Positions 44,495 through 53,367 of a stretch of DNA of 64,000 nt are shown one piece after another. Where the stretch lies: the IMG/VR virus record IMGVR_UViG_2827231811_000003, positions 930 through 64,929 of that record; one strand, 5' to 3'. The DNA is from a virus (taxonomy: Duplodnaviria; Caudoviricetes). Numbering within the stretch: the stretch's first letter is position 1; each line of letters opens with the position of its first letter. Made by a program: the position numbers and the translations under genes. The notes under the pieces are model-generated. The model had not been told where the DNA came from and did no database searches. It saw only the letters and a list, made by a program, of their open reading frames with translations.

Positions 44495-45484
44495 GTGAGC
44501 ACGGAAGATTTCGACACCAGCGCACTCGAGGACTTCGAGGCAGAAGACGACTTCGAGTCGGACTTCGTCTGGCCCTGGGGACAGACCCAGCACTGGGTGG
44601 TGTTCGGCGACGCGACGGCCGATGAGCTGGGCGTTTACTCATTCATCATGGCCCACGTCAATCCGCACACCGGCAAGCTCACGGCGCGGTTCGGTCGCAA
44701 ACGCATCGCTGAGCGCTTCGGTAAGTCGCTGGACTGGGTGGATAAGAGGCTGAAGGCGCTCGCCGAGAAGGACGCCATGCAGAAGAAGCCCATGTACTGG
44801 CGCGACGCCAAGGACCACAGCAGGGGTCGGTCGGTGAATCCGACCGACAGCTACGGCAACAAGCGCGCGCAGGCACCCAACCGCTATCGCGTTCGCATCG
44901 CGCCGCCGAAGGGCCAGTCGCATCCCGGCCCGATCTCCGTCGGCGAGTTCTACAAGCCGTCCAAGATGGCGGCACGTTTGGAGTCGCAACGACGCTCCGA
45001 CGATGAGAGCGAAACCCCAGGTGAAGGGGGGGCCGCAAATCAGCGGCCGGGGTCTGACCAGGAAGAACTCAGCGCGGACGAATCGACCGAGGCCCCTGAG
45101 GAGGAGCCTGCCCCTGACCAGGGCGAGTCCGGCGAAACTCCTGGTGAACAGGGGGGCCGCCACACAGCGGCCCCCGGGGGCCGCCACACAACGGCGGAGG
45201 GGGGGCCGCCACACAGCGGCCCGAAATACAACGGGGCTGGACGAACAACCACGAGTGGAACAACCACGGGTGTATCTACTACCGCGAACGTCTCGCTTCG
45301 CTCCGACGTTCTTGCTAACGACACAGCTGGTCGCTCTGCTCAGTCCAACACTGATCAAAGCAACCAGGTAAGTAACCACCCACACGCGCGCGAGGACGAC
45401 CGCGGTTCAGCTGGGCCGAAGAGCGCTCGGGAAGAAGCAATGGATCACATGCGATCGGTCCTCGGCCGTCGCCAGCCGGTGTAG
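44495..45484 (+). CDS. Putative replication initiator (N-terminal HTH, lambda-O-like layout)
   Basis: LGVYSFIMAH..FGRKRIAERFGKSLDWVDKRLKAL wHTH; internal iteron array; GAGGAG SD. Confidence 0.65.
   Translation: MSTEDFDTSALEDFEAEDDFESDFVWPWGQTQHWVVFGDATADELGVYSFIMAHVNPHTGKLTARFGRKRIAERFGKSLDWVDKRLKALAEKDAMQKKPMYWRDAKDHSRGRSVNPTDSYGNKRAQAPNRYRVRIAPPKGQSHPGPISVGEFYKPSKMAARLESQRRSDDESETPGEGGAANQRPGSDQEELSADESTEAPEEEPAPDQGESGETPGEQGGRHTAAPGGRHTTAEGGPPHSGPKYNGAGRTTTSGTTTGVSTTANVSLRSDVLANDTAGRSAQSNTDQSNQVSNHPHAREDDRGSAGPKSAREEAMDHMRSVLGRRQPV
45028..45220 (+). repeat. Iteron array (putative origin) inside rep
   Basis: GGGGGCCGCCACACARCGGC at 45152, 45176 and 45201, plus a variant at 45028. Confidence 0.7.
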
Positions 45485-45706
45485 GCAACAAGATCGACGC
45501 GGCCAGTTCCGGCCTGCCCACGTGGCCGTGTGCGCTACGGGGCGCCTCGCCGACCCCCGATACACCGGGCGGCACTGATCGAAGGCGCACAGGCCATCTC
45601 AGCCGGTCTTGTCGATCAGGGCCTACCCCGCTCGGCGTGACCGGCTGGACACAGCCCGTGGAGCTGAGACAATGAGCAGACCCGGATGACCAAGGAGAAA
45701 CCCACC

Positions 45707-45895
45707 ATGAGCAGCATCGATATCCCAGACGAGGCCCTGACCATCGCCACGAGCGCGGCTCGCGAGCAGGGTATGGACGTGAAGGGCTGGCTCATGGCGG
45801 CAATCAGCCAGCATGCCGCGGAGCAGGAGCCCATCAGCGAGATCCCGGTCGACGACTGCGGTTTCCCCGCCTCCCCCGCCCCTGCCGCGGCCTGA
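45707..45895 (+). CDS. Small RHH/CopG-like protein
   Basis: IDIPDEALTIATSAAREQGMDVKGWLMAAI; AAGGAG SD. Confidence 0.45.
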   Translation: MSSIDIPDEALTIATSAAREQGMDVKGWLMAAISQHAAEQEPISEIPVDDCGFPASPAPAAA

Positions 45896-45906
45896 ACCTG
45901 CACCAG

Positions 45907-45951
45907 ACACGAAGAAGCCCCCCAGGATCTTCCTGGGGGGCTTCTTCGTGT
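45907..45951. terminator. Bidirectional terminator
   Basis: Perfect 21 bp IR ACACGAAGAAGCCCCCCAGGA between convergent genes. Confidence 0.7.
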
Positions 45952-45959
45952 TCGCCCGG

Positions 45960-46610
45960 CTAATCACCCTCGGCCAGCTCCAAGCGACGCTCACGCGCCG
46001 CATCAGGCTGGTCTCCACCATCGCCCGTGATCCTTTCGGCATGTGCCTGCCGGGGCTGCCGGGAAAAGCCGGCAGGCGCCGCGGCGAACGCGTGCGACGG
46101 GTTCTCCACCTCCGCCAACAGCCGCTGCCGGTAGCCCTGCGCCGCCTTCAACTCGGCCTCCGCCTCATCGATCGCCGGGTCAGCCTCACGCTGCACCCGC
46201 ATCCGCTGGAACACCGCACCGGCCGACCCCGCCAACAGCGCGACCGCGAACGTCGGCACCCACCACGGCACCGACACCGTCAGCGCCACGAGCACCCCGA
46301 CCATGCCGACGACGCCGGCGCCCTTGGCCGCGTTCAGCCACTGCTGTGCGACCGCCTCGGCCTCGTTGATGAGCTTTGCCTGCCGCGACCGTGCCTGGGT
46401 CACCGCCTCCTCGGCCTTCTCGAGTTGCGGTCCCATCGACTCCCGCCGCTGCTTCCGCATCTGCGTCTCGATGAGCGTGTCGGTCAGCGTGTTGATCTGC
46501 TCCTGGAAGTAGCTCGCCCGCGGAGAGTCCTCGTCCTCTTGAGCCTCACGCAGCCCGTGCAGCTCGTTGATCCGCCGCTCCAGCTCCTGGATGTCGTCGT
46601 CGTAGCTCAT
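45960..46610 (-). CDS. Coiled-coil, two-TM protein downstream of traB
   Basis: Heptad repeats flanking two hydrophobic helices; start reassigned to 46610. Confidence 0.6.
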   Translation of the reverse strand: MSYDDDIQELERRINELHGLREAQEDEDSPRASYFQEQINTLTDTLIETQMRKQRRESMGPQLEKAEEAVTQARSRQAKLINEAEAVAQQWLNAAKGAGVVGMVGVLVALTVSVPWWVPTFAVALLAGSAGAVFQRMRVQREADPAIDEAEAELKAAQGYRQRLLAEVENPSHAFAAAPAGFSRQPRQAHAERITGDGGDQPDAARERRLELAEGD

Positions 46611-46635
46611 GTTCGTGTGCTCACTTTCTGTATCG

Positions 46636-46733
46636 AAACAAGCAAACAAACAAGCACCGTTGACCCGCTCTCGCGCGCGCATTATGCGCGCGGGCGCGCG
46701 CGAGGCGCCGCCTGTTTGTTTGTTGTGTTTGTT
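46636..46733. other. Candidate clt (cis-acting locus of transfer)
   Basis: Inverted AAAC/GTTT arrays around a (CG)n palindrome immediately after the traB stop. Confidence 0.45.
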
Positions 46734-46735
46734 CA

Positions 46736-48862
46736 TCAACTCTGCGTAATCAAAGCGGCGGTGGAGCGGTACGCGCTGCCACGACCGGCGACCTGCTCCA
46801 ACCGGCCCGAATCCTTGAGTCGGCGAAGCTCAACTTGCAGCGATGCGTCCGTCACCGACTCGTCCCCCAGCTGGAACAGACCGGCGAGGATCTGGGCCTT
46901 CGTCATGCCCTCCGGCGCCTCGTCGAGGAGCTGGAAGATCCGCGCGGCACGCGTAGCGGCGCCGCTCGACTGCGGCTCCCGAACCGTCGGCGTCGCCGCG
47001 CCGGCCGACCCCACCGACGTCGCCGACGGCACCGGCGCCGGAGCGGACTCGGCGGCCGCCGGCTGCTCACTGCTCCACCCCGCGGCGGCGATGATCGCGT
47101 CGACCTCGGACATCACCTGGGCCTTCGCCTCGGCCTGTTCCGGCGACTCCGACGGCGTCTCCTCACCGTCCGCGTTCCGCAGGTACGCCACGTACTCCTC
47201 GGTGGCGTAGTGCGTCATCCCCGCCCAGTACGGACCCAGGAACTTCGCCGATCCGGCGTCGAGGTCGTAGTCGTTGCCCATCCGCGCCCTGGCGACGTCC
47301 TCCACGGTCAATCCGTCGTGCAGCTTCGCCCGCTTCGGGTCCATCTCCTGGATGTAGGGCGCCTTGACCTTGACCGGCTCGGCGTCGTCGGTGTCGAACC
47401 AGAACTCGCCCTTGTGGCGCGGCATCGGGAGCTGCTGGTCGCCGAACGCTCGGTAGAGCTCGCCCTGGTCCTTGGTGCGGAACAGGGTCTGACCTGCGAT
47501 GTTGGCGTTGATATTGCCCCCCGCGTCCCCCCAGTTGTCGTTGGTGCCGCGCTGGGCCGCCAGGTGCAGGTGGATGCCCGCGCTCCCGGCGCCCTTGGTG
47601 ATCATGTCCGCGAGCTGGGACATGGTGTAGTTCCGGCCGTCGAACTCGGCCTTCGTGGTCTTGATCTGGAGACCGAAGCTGGCCTCGTCGTACTCGATGA
47701 TCACGGTCTTGAAGTCGCCCCGTGCCGAGTACGGCTGCGACTGCCGCCACCGGGCCAGCTTCATCATCTGCGCGAGCAGGTCGGCGGTGTCCTGCGCGCC
47801 CCGCACCGCGCGGATCGGCATCTTGTAGCTCGTGCCGACGAACGGCTCAATCCACCCGCCGACCGCGTCGTAGACCTTCTCGGTGCCGCACGCGATGACC
47901 AGCGCCGACGTCCAGCACCGGGTGAGATAGGCGATCTTCACGTGCACCAGCGACGACTTGCCCGAGCGGGACTTGCCGACGTCGGCCCAGTGAATGTCGA
48001 ACCGCGCGTAGATCGGCGACCCGTCGATCTGGTATCCGACCAGACCAGCGGTTTCGATGTGCGCCAGCGACGGGTCGTCCACATACGGAATGACCGCGGC
48101 CATGACGTCCTCGGTCATCACGGTCACCGTGTACGTGCCCGCACCGGCCAACTTGTTGATGTGCACCCAGTCGGTTTCGAGCGGCTGGCCCAGCTCCTCG
48201 GAGAACGCGATCGCGATCGGCTCGATATCCGAGCTGGACAGGCCGACCTTGCCCTCGCCCTTGTCGCCGTTGGCCTCTTGCTTCGCTCGCTGCTTGGCGG
48301 CCATCTTCGACGGAACGCGCACGTCGAACCGCACTCCGACGGCTTTGTCGCCGCGGGATACGGACTCCCACTTCATCACCGTCAGCCAGCCGTGGCCGGA
48401 GCGCTTGAACGCGTTGTTCGCGATCTGGATCGTCGGGTCCCACTGCGCCGGCTGCGGCGCGGCCTCCACCTCGGACGCCTGCCGCTTCTCCAGCTTCGGC
48501 TTCACCTTGTAGAGCACGTACTCCTGATAGCGCGCGAACCCGTACTCGACGACTGCCAGCACCACCCCGCACGCGAGCCACAGCAGCCATAGACCGGGCG
48601 AGACCAGCACGAACACCGCCAACGCGAGGTTCGCGAGCACGGCACAGGTCAGCAGGTTCTTGATCCGGTCGCGGTCCTCGATCGACAGCGTCTCGAACGC
48701 CTCGTCGACAGCCTTCCGCGAACCGAGCGCCACCACCCCGGCCAGGACGATCACCAGCGGAAACGCCAGCAGTCCCGGAACGTGCAGCAGCGCCAACAGC
48801 AGCGACACCGCCAACGTCACCAGCGCACCCAGCGCGGCGAAGAACGTCTTGTACGGAATCAC
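46736..48862 (-). CDS. traB: FtsK/SpoIIIE-family conjugative DNA translocase (TraB-like)
   Basis: N-terminal TM helices; GKSRSGKS Walker A; IIEYDEA Walker B; LAAQR; C-terminal wHTH. Confidence 0.8.
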   Translation of the reverse strand: MIPYKTFFAALGALVTLAVSLLLALLHVPGLLAFPLVIVLAGVVALGSRKAVDEAFETLSIEDRDRIKNLLTCAVLANLALAVFVLVSPGLWLLWLACGVVLAVVEYGFARYQEYVLYKVKPKLEKRQASEVEAAPQPAQWDPTIQIANNAFKRSGHGWLTVMKWESVSRGDKAVGVRFDVRVPSKMAAKQRAKQEANGDKGEGKVGLSSSDIEPIAIAFSEELGQPLETDWVHINKLAGAGTYTVTVMTEDVMAAVIPYVDDPSLAHIETAGLVGYQIDGSPIYARFDIHWADVGKSRSGKSSLVHVKIAYLTRCWTSALVIACGTEKVYDAVGGWIEPFVGTSYKMPIRAVRGAQDTADLLAQMMKLARWRQSQPYSARGDFKTVIIEYDEASFGLQIKTTKAEFDGRNYTMSQLADMITKGAGSAGIHLHLAAQRGTNDNWGDAGGNINANIAGQTLFRTKDQGELYRAFGDQQLPMPRHKGEFWFDTDDAEPVKVKAPYIQEMDPKRAKLHDGLTVEDVARARMGNDYDLDAGSAKFLGPYWAGMTHYATEEYVAYLRNADGEETPSESPEQAEAKAQVMSEVDAIIAAAGWSSEQPAAAESAPAPVPSATSVGSAGAATPTVREPQSSGAATRAARIFQLLDEAPEGMTKAQILAGLFQLGDESVTDASLQVELRRLKDSGRLEQVAGRGSAYRSTAALITQS

Positions 48863-48943
48863 GAAAGCCCTCCAAGGTGGGGTGCTGGTCCGGCCCCGGG
48901 CCGGGCAAGAAACGGGGCCGGACCAGCGGAAATGCCAGTCGGA

Positions 48944-51052
48944 TCAGAGAGTGATCGAGTCGGCCTTGGCCTGGTAGCCGGAGGCCATGCCGCGGTGCTC
49001 CTGAGCCTCGGTCTCGGCCTTCTCCGCAGCGCGCAGCAGCTGCTCGCGCTTGCCGGCCATGCCCTTGTTGCCTTCGAGCCCGGCCGCCTCGGCACGGAGG
49101 CTGTCGGCCTGCTCCTGGTACTGGACCGCCTGCGAGCTGGCCTCGTCGGATGCCTCACGCAGCGACGTCCTCATCGTCTCCGGCGTCGTCGGGTCCAGGT
49201 TTGCGCTGTACACAGCGGTGTCAGCCATGGTGTTTCCCTTCTTCTTCGTGGTGTGTTCCTGCGATCCCCGGTCCTCCACAGGCGGGGGCGGGGAGTTCAT
49301 GAAGTCCTCGTCGGACACCGGCGCCGACTTCTTGGCCTTGTCCGACTTCGTGCTCGGTGCCGTCTCGGCCGGCACCATCGGGAACCCGTTCTCGTCGAGG
49401 TCGGCGACGTCCTCGTCCTTCACCGAGGCGCCTTCCGACCGCGACGAGGTCGTGGTCTCGTCCTTCGTCTTCTTGCTGGTCGGAGCCGCCGTCCGCGTCG
49501 GCATCCCGGCCTCGTCGATGCCGAGTTCGTCGATCGTGCGGTCGATCTCGCGCCGACGTGCCTTGTCCTTGCGCCGCTGATTGCGCGACTTCCGCGGCTG
49601 ATCCGTGACGGCCTGCTGCTGATTGGCGGTGGTCGTCTCCTCAGTAGCGGCGGCGTCACCACCGCCACGGCGGCGCCCGCGGCGGCGACGCTTCTTGTCT
49701 CCGTCACCGTTCTGCTGATCAGGGCCAGATTCGGCCTGGTTGCCCTGCTCATCCGACTTCGAGTCGGCCTTCTGATCCGCGCCCTTGTTCCGTCGCCACG
49801 GCCGCTTCGCCTTGTCCGCTACCGCGGCCCCGGCACCGCCCGACTGGCCACCGCCACGACCGTCCTGGCCATTGCCGCGCGACTGGGAACCGTTCTGTTT
49901 GCGCTGGTCGCCGCCGCGGCGCCACCTGCTTCCACCGGAACCGCTGCCCGACCCGCCGGCCGAACCGCCACGACCCTTCCCGGAAGCACCGCCCGCACCA
50001 GCACCAGCACCGGCGCCAGTACCGGCGCCGCTGCCGCCTCGGCCTCGTCCTCCGGAACCGCTGCCACCCGAGCCGCTGCCCGTGTGATGGCTCGCCGACG
50101 AGCGTTTCGACGTCGACGACCCCGAACCACTGCCCGAACCAGCCTTGAACGGGTTCCGCGACTGCTTGTGCGCATTGCTGCTCCCCGCCGCTCCGGACTG
50201 GCCGCCACGGGCACGACCGGCGCCACCAGTCGCGCCGCCGGTCGTGCCCGTCGTACGCGTTGACGTGGTCGACGTCTTCGACGCCTGACCACCAGAACCG
50301 CCAGCCGTGGACTTCGAACCCCGCTTGAATGGGTTCCGCGAACCACCGGACGTACCGCTTCCCGTGGTCGACGCCTTCGACGAGGTGCCCGTCGAAGAAC
50401 CGTTGCCGGTCGAACGAGCAGCCCGCGCCGCGCCTGCCTTGCCACGACCGATCGATCCCGTTGGCCGGTTCGGTGACGCCTTGCCGTGCCCGATCTTCCC
50501 GCCGGTGGGGCCGCGACCTGCGGAACCACCGCCGCCGAAGCGGCTACGGAGACCGCCACTGCTTCCAGGCCCACCGGACCCGCGTCGACCAGCGCCACCG
50601 CCCCAGTTCCGCGGGTTCAGCCGCGAACCGCCACGATGGTTACTGCCGACACCGCGCGAGGCGCCCGGCGCCGCCGCTGCCTTCGATTTCGATCCGCCCT
50701 TGCCCTTGAGCAGGTAGTGCAGGCCCATCCCGGCCAGCACGAGGAACACCAGACCGAACATCACAGCAGCGGCGACCGGAGACTGCTGATACATCGCCAC
50801 TCCTGCCACCAGGGCCGCCGTCGGCACCGCCACCATCAGCAGCTTCGCCTTCGGCACCCCGGACTGCGTCTTGTCGTTTCCGCTGGTCGTGCCCGTCGAC
50901 TCCGACTTCGACTTCGACGAGCTGGTCTTGTCGCCGTCCTCGGACGGCGCCTTGTCCTGCTTGGCCGGCGGCTGCGTGGTGTGCTCCGCACGACGCGCGA
51001 ACACGTCCGGCTGTGTCTGCGGTGCCTGTCCACCAGTGGCGCTATCGGCCAT
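48944..51052 (-). CDS. Membrane-anchored Gly/Ser-rich transfer accessory protein (Spd/TraA-like)
   Basis: Two TM helices then a long low-complexity tract; directly upstream of traB; probable nested start at 49228. Confidence 0.5.
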   Translation of the reverse strand: MADSATGGQAPQTQPDVFARRAEHTTQPPAKQDKAPSEDGDKTSSSKSKSESTGTTSGNDKTQSGVPKAKLLMVAVPTAALVAGVAMYQQSPVAAAVMFGLVFLVLAGMGLHYLLKGKGGSKSKAAAAPGASRGVGSNHRGGSRLNPRNWGGGAGRRGSGGPGSSGGLRSRFGGGGSAGRGPTGGKIGHGKASPNRPTGSIGRGKAGAARAARSTGNGSSTGTSSKASTTGSGTSGGSRNPFKRGSKSTAGGSGGQASKTSTTSTRTTGTTGGATGGAGRARGGQSGAAGSSNAHKQSRNPFKAGSGSGSGSSTSKRSSASHHTGSGSGGSGSGGRGRGGSGAGTGAGAGAGAGGASGKGRGGSAGGSGSGSGGSRWRRGGDQRKQNGSQSRGNGQDGRGGGQSGGAGAAVADKAKRPWRRNKGADQKADSKSDEQGNQAESGPDQQNGDGDKKRRRRGRRRGGGDAAATEETTTANQQQAVTDQPRKSRNQRRKDKARRREIDRTIDELGIDEAGMPTRTAAPTSKKTKDETTTSSRSEGASVKDEDVADLDENGFPMVPAETAPSTKSDKAKKSAPVSDEDFMNSPPPPVEDRGSQEHTTKKKGNTMADTAVYSANLDPTTPETMRTSLREASDEASSQAVQYQEQADSLRAEAAGLEGNKGMAGKREQLLRAAEKAETEAQEHRGMASGYQAKADSITL

Positions 51053-51089
51053 GACCGGCCCTCCTTCCCAATGAGTGCATTAGTGCAGG

Positions 51090-51272
51090 TCAGAACGAGT
51101 TCGCGATGCTGATGACGCCGTTCCAGAGCGTCGTGAAGAACGTGACGATCGCGCGGGCGACGGTGACGAAGAACTGCGCGACCGGCTCGGGGTTCTGGAT
51201 CAAGAACCACGCGATGACGCAGAAGATGATCGCCATGAGGATGAACTTGGCGTAGCCAAGGATCGTTGCCAT
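51090..51272 (-). CDS. Small hydrophobic Spd-like protein
   Basis: 60 aa, hydrophobic throughout. Confidence 0.55.
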   Translation of the reverse strand: MATILGYAKFILMAIIFCVIAWFLIQNPEPVAQFFVTVARAIVTFFTTLWNGVISIANSF

Positions 51273-51275
51273 GAG

Positions 51276-52376
51276 TCATTCACCCCCTTTCCGCTGGTCA
51301 GAGAGGATGTCGACGGCGCACTGGGCGGTGAGCTTGCCCTTCGAGTAGCGCCGCATGATCGTGCGAGTCGACGGCAGCCCGTCCTCGCCCAGCGGCAGAT
51401 CTCCCTTGGCCATGTCCGCCTCGATGACCGGGAGGAGCTGCAACGCTCCGGTCGCGGCCTTGCGTGGCGTGTCCTCGTCGACCGGGCCATCCAGCCGCAG
51501 CTCGGCGATGGTCGTGCCGACGACGTGCGCCAGCACGTACTGCAACGACACCGCGATCAGGACCAGCAGCGGAGCGATCAGGGACGCGGCGAACAACGCC
51601 GGCGCGTTCGTGCCGCCGATCTGCGTGGCACCGGCCGCGGCCAGACCGGTCGACCCGAACAGCAGGCCGATCTCGATCCACCCGATGCCCGTGATCTGGC
51701 GCGACCCGTCTTCGCTGGTCCGGGCCGGTGCGACCATGTGCAGGCGGCCGTGCTGCGCGGCGAACGACTGCAACAACACGATGATCATCAGCGGCACCGA
51801 GAACAGCGGCTCGACCGCGTAGAACAGCGGGTTCGGGTTCTCCCCGCCCAGTCCGTGCGCGACGGCGTAGGACGTGAACCCGATCCCGGCCGCGGCGACC
51901 AGGGCCAGTACCGCCGAATACGTGCGCCACCGGCGGTAGGCCGACGCCAGCGCCGCGTTCGGGTTCGTCAGACGCCGACGCCGACGCAGCGCTTTGCGCT
52001 GGTCCAGCGCCTCCTTGTCGTCCAGGGCGTCCATCTGGGCGTTCTGCTTGGCGGCCCGCTCCCGGCGTTCGGCCTCGGCGAGCCCGAGCGCTAGGCGAGC
52101 CTTGCGTTCCCGAGCGCGGATCGTTCGATTGACGCCGTGCTCGGCCTGGCGCTCGTCCGGGTCGACCACGTTGGCGAACAGCTCAGCATTCTCGGTCTCA
52201 AGCCGGTTGATCTCGCGCTTGCGCGCGGCCTCTGCACGGAGCTTCCGGACCTCGATGTCCTGTTCGGGTTCGACGTTGTCGCTGGTCTCGGCCGTTTTCG
52301 CGAGCTTGGCGCCAAACCTGGCCACGACGCCCTTGTCGAGGTCGTGGCCGTTGGTCGGCGCCTGCGTTGCGGTCAC
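51276..52376 (-). CDS. SpdB-like spread protein (coiled coil, four TM, C-terminal HTH)
   Basis: TM cluster and LPSTRTIMRRYSKGKLTAQ tail; first gene of the tra operon. Confidence 0.55.
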   Translation of the reverse strand: MTATQAPTNGHDLDKGVVARFGAKLAKTAETSDNVEPEQDIEVRKLRAEAARKREINRLETENAELFANVVDPDERQAEHGVNRTIRARERKARLALGLAEAERRERAAKQNAQMDALDDKEALDQRKALRRRRRLTNPNAALASAYRRWRTYSAVLALVAAAGIGFTSYAVAHGLGGENPNPLFYAVEPLFSVPLMIIVLLQSFAAQHGRLHMVAPARTSEDGSRQITGIGWIEIGLLFGSTGLAAAGATQIGGTNAPALFAASLIAPLLVLIAVSLQYVLAHVVGTTIAELRLDGPVDEDTPRKAATGALQLLPVIEADMAKGDLPLGEDGLPSTRTIMRRYSKGKLTAQCAVDILSDQRKGGE

Positions 52377-52399
52377 TGGCTCTGCTCCCTCCTGCCGTC

Positions 52400-52478
52400 A
52401 ATCCCCCTGTCGTCAAGGGGGATTTACAATGACTGAGAGCGACAGTATGGTTACCCCCATTGCACTGTCAAGGGGGGT
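52400..52478. promoter_or_regulatory. Divergent tra/regulator promoter with two operator-like IRs
   Basis: ATCCCCCT..AGGGGGAT (52401-52423) and ACCCCC..GGGGGT (52453-52478), both containing GTCAAGGGGG. Confidence 0.5.
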
Positions 52479-52512
52479 TGCAGATGAGTTGGATGGGATG
52501 GAGGATCGCTAC

Positions 52513-53367
52513 ATGCGAGACGAAATCGCCGATCTAGCTGCCATCGAAGACCGGTGGGTGCAGGCACGCCGGGCACATGCCCTGGTAGGAGACCTGAACG
52601 ACGAGCTCACCGAAGTGGCACGGATTCGGCGCGAAGCGATCGAAGACCTCACCCAGAGGCCGAAGGTCAAGCCCAGTGACGTAGCGAGAGAGCTGGAAAT
52701 CTCGCGGCAGCGCGTCCTCCAGATCACCCGGAGCGGACCGCGCCCGTCCAGGCGCTTCCTCGGGTCCGGCAACCACCTGACCATGATCGTCGGCGGAAAG
52801 CAGGAGGCGAACCCGAGCGTTCCCGGACCCGTCGTGTCTGCCGACGACCTGCGCGGATACCAACTACTGGTCGAGGTCGGGAAGGACCTCGGTTTCGAGG
52901 TGTCCTACGAGGTCGTCCAGCCGCCCGGCTTCCTGAACTTGAGCAGGGACAACTTGTTCGTCTGCTGCGGCCCGCGACTGTCACCGCTGATCGAGCAGAG
53001 CCTGTCCAGCGACTCGGCGATCCGGTTCGATCAGGACGACCAGGGCTGGTACCTGCACGATCGCGTCCAGGACCAGGTGTACCGCTCCCCCATGGACGAG
53101 GGCGAGAACGTCGACTACGGCTACGTCGCCAGGTTGCCCAGGATCGACGGCAACGGTGTGTATCTCTACAGCGCAGGCATCCACGCACCCGGCGTGACCG
53201 GCGGTGTGTCCTACGTGCTCTCCAACCTCGACGAGCTGTACCAGTCCGTGCGCATGGACCGGTTCTCGTGCCTCGTGCGCTGCGAATTCGACCCGGAGAC
53301 CCGCGTGATCACAAGTTCCGAGCGCATCACCGACCTCTACCGCCCCGACCAGGGGGTGGAGGCGTGA
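52513..53367 (+). CDS. HTH regulator divergent from tra (Kor-like)
   Basis: KPSDVARELEISRQRVLQI HTH; GGAGG SD before ATG 52513. Confidence 0.65.
   Translation: MRDEIADLAAIEDRWVQARRAHALVGDLNDELTEVARIRREAIEDLTQRPKVKPSDVARELEISRQRVLQITRSGPRPSRRFLGSGNHLTMIVGGKQEANPSVPGPVVSADDLRGYQLLVEVGKDLGFEVSYEVVQPPGFLNLSRDNLFVCCGPRLSPLIEQSLSSDSAIRFDQDDQGWYLHDRVQDQVYRSPMDEGENVDYGYVARLPRIDGNGVYLYSAGIHAPGVTGGVSYVLSNLDELYQSVRMDRFSCLVRCEFDPETRVITSSERITDLYRPDQGVEA

Noticed and set aside
49785-50720. Collagen-like or tail-fibre repeat
   Set aside because: No Gly-X-Y periodicity; simple G/S low complexity within the tra operon
51994-52512. N-terminal extension of the HTH regulator
   Set aside because: Overlaps the divergent spdB-like gene and operator repeats; SD supports ATG 52513
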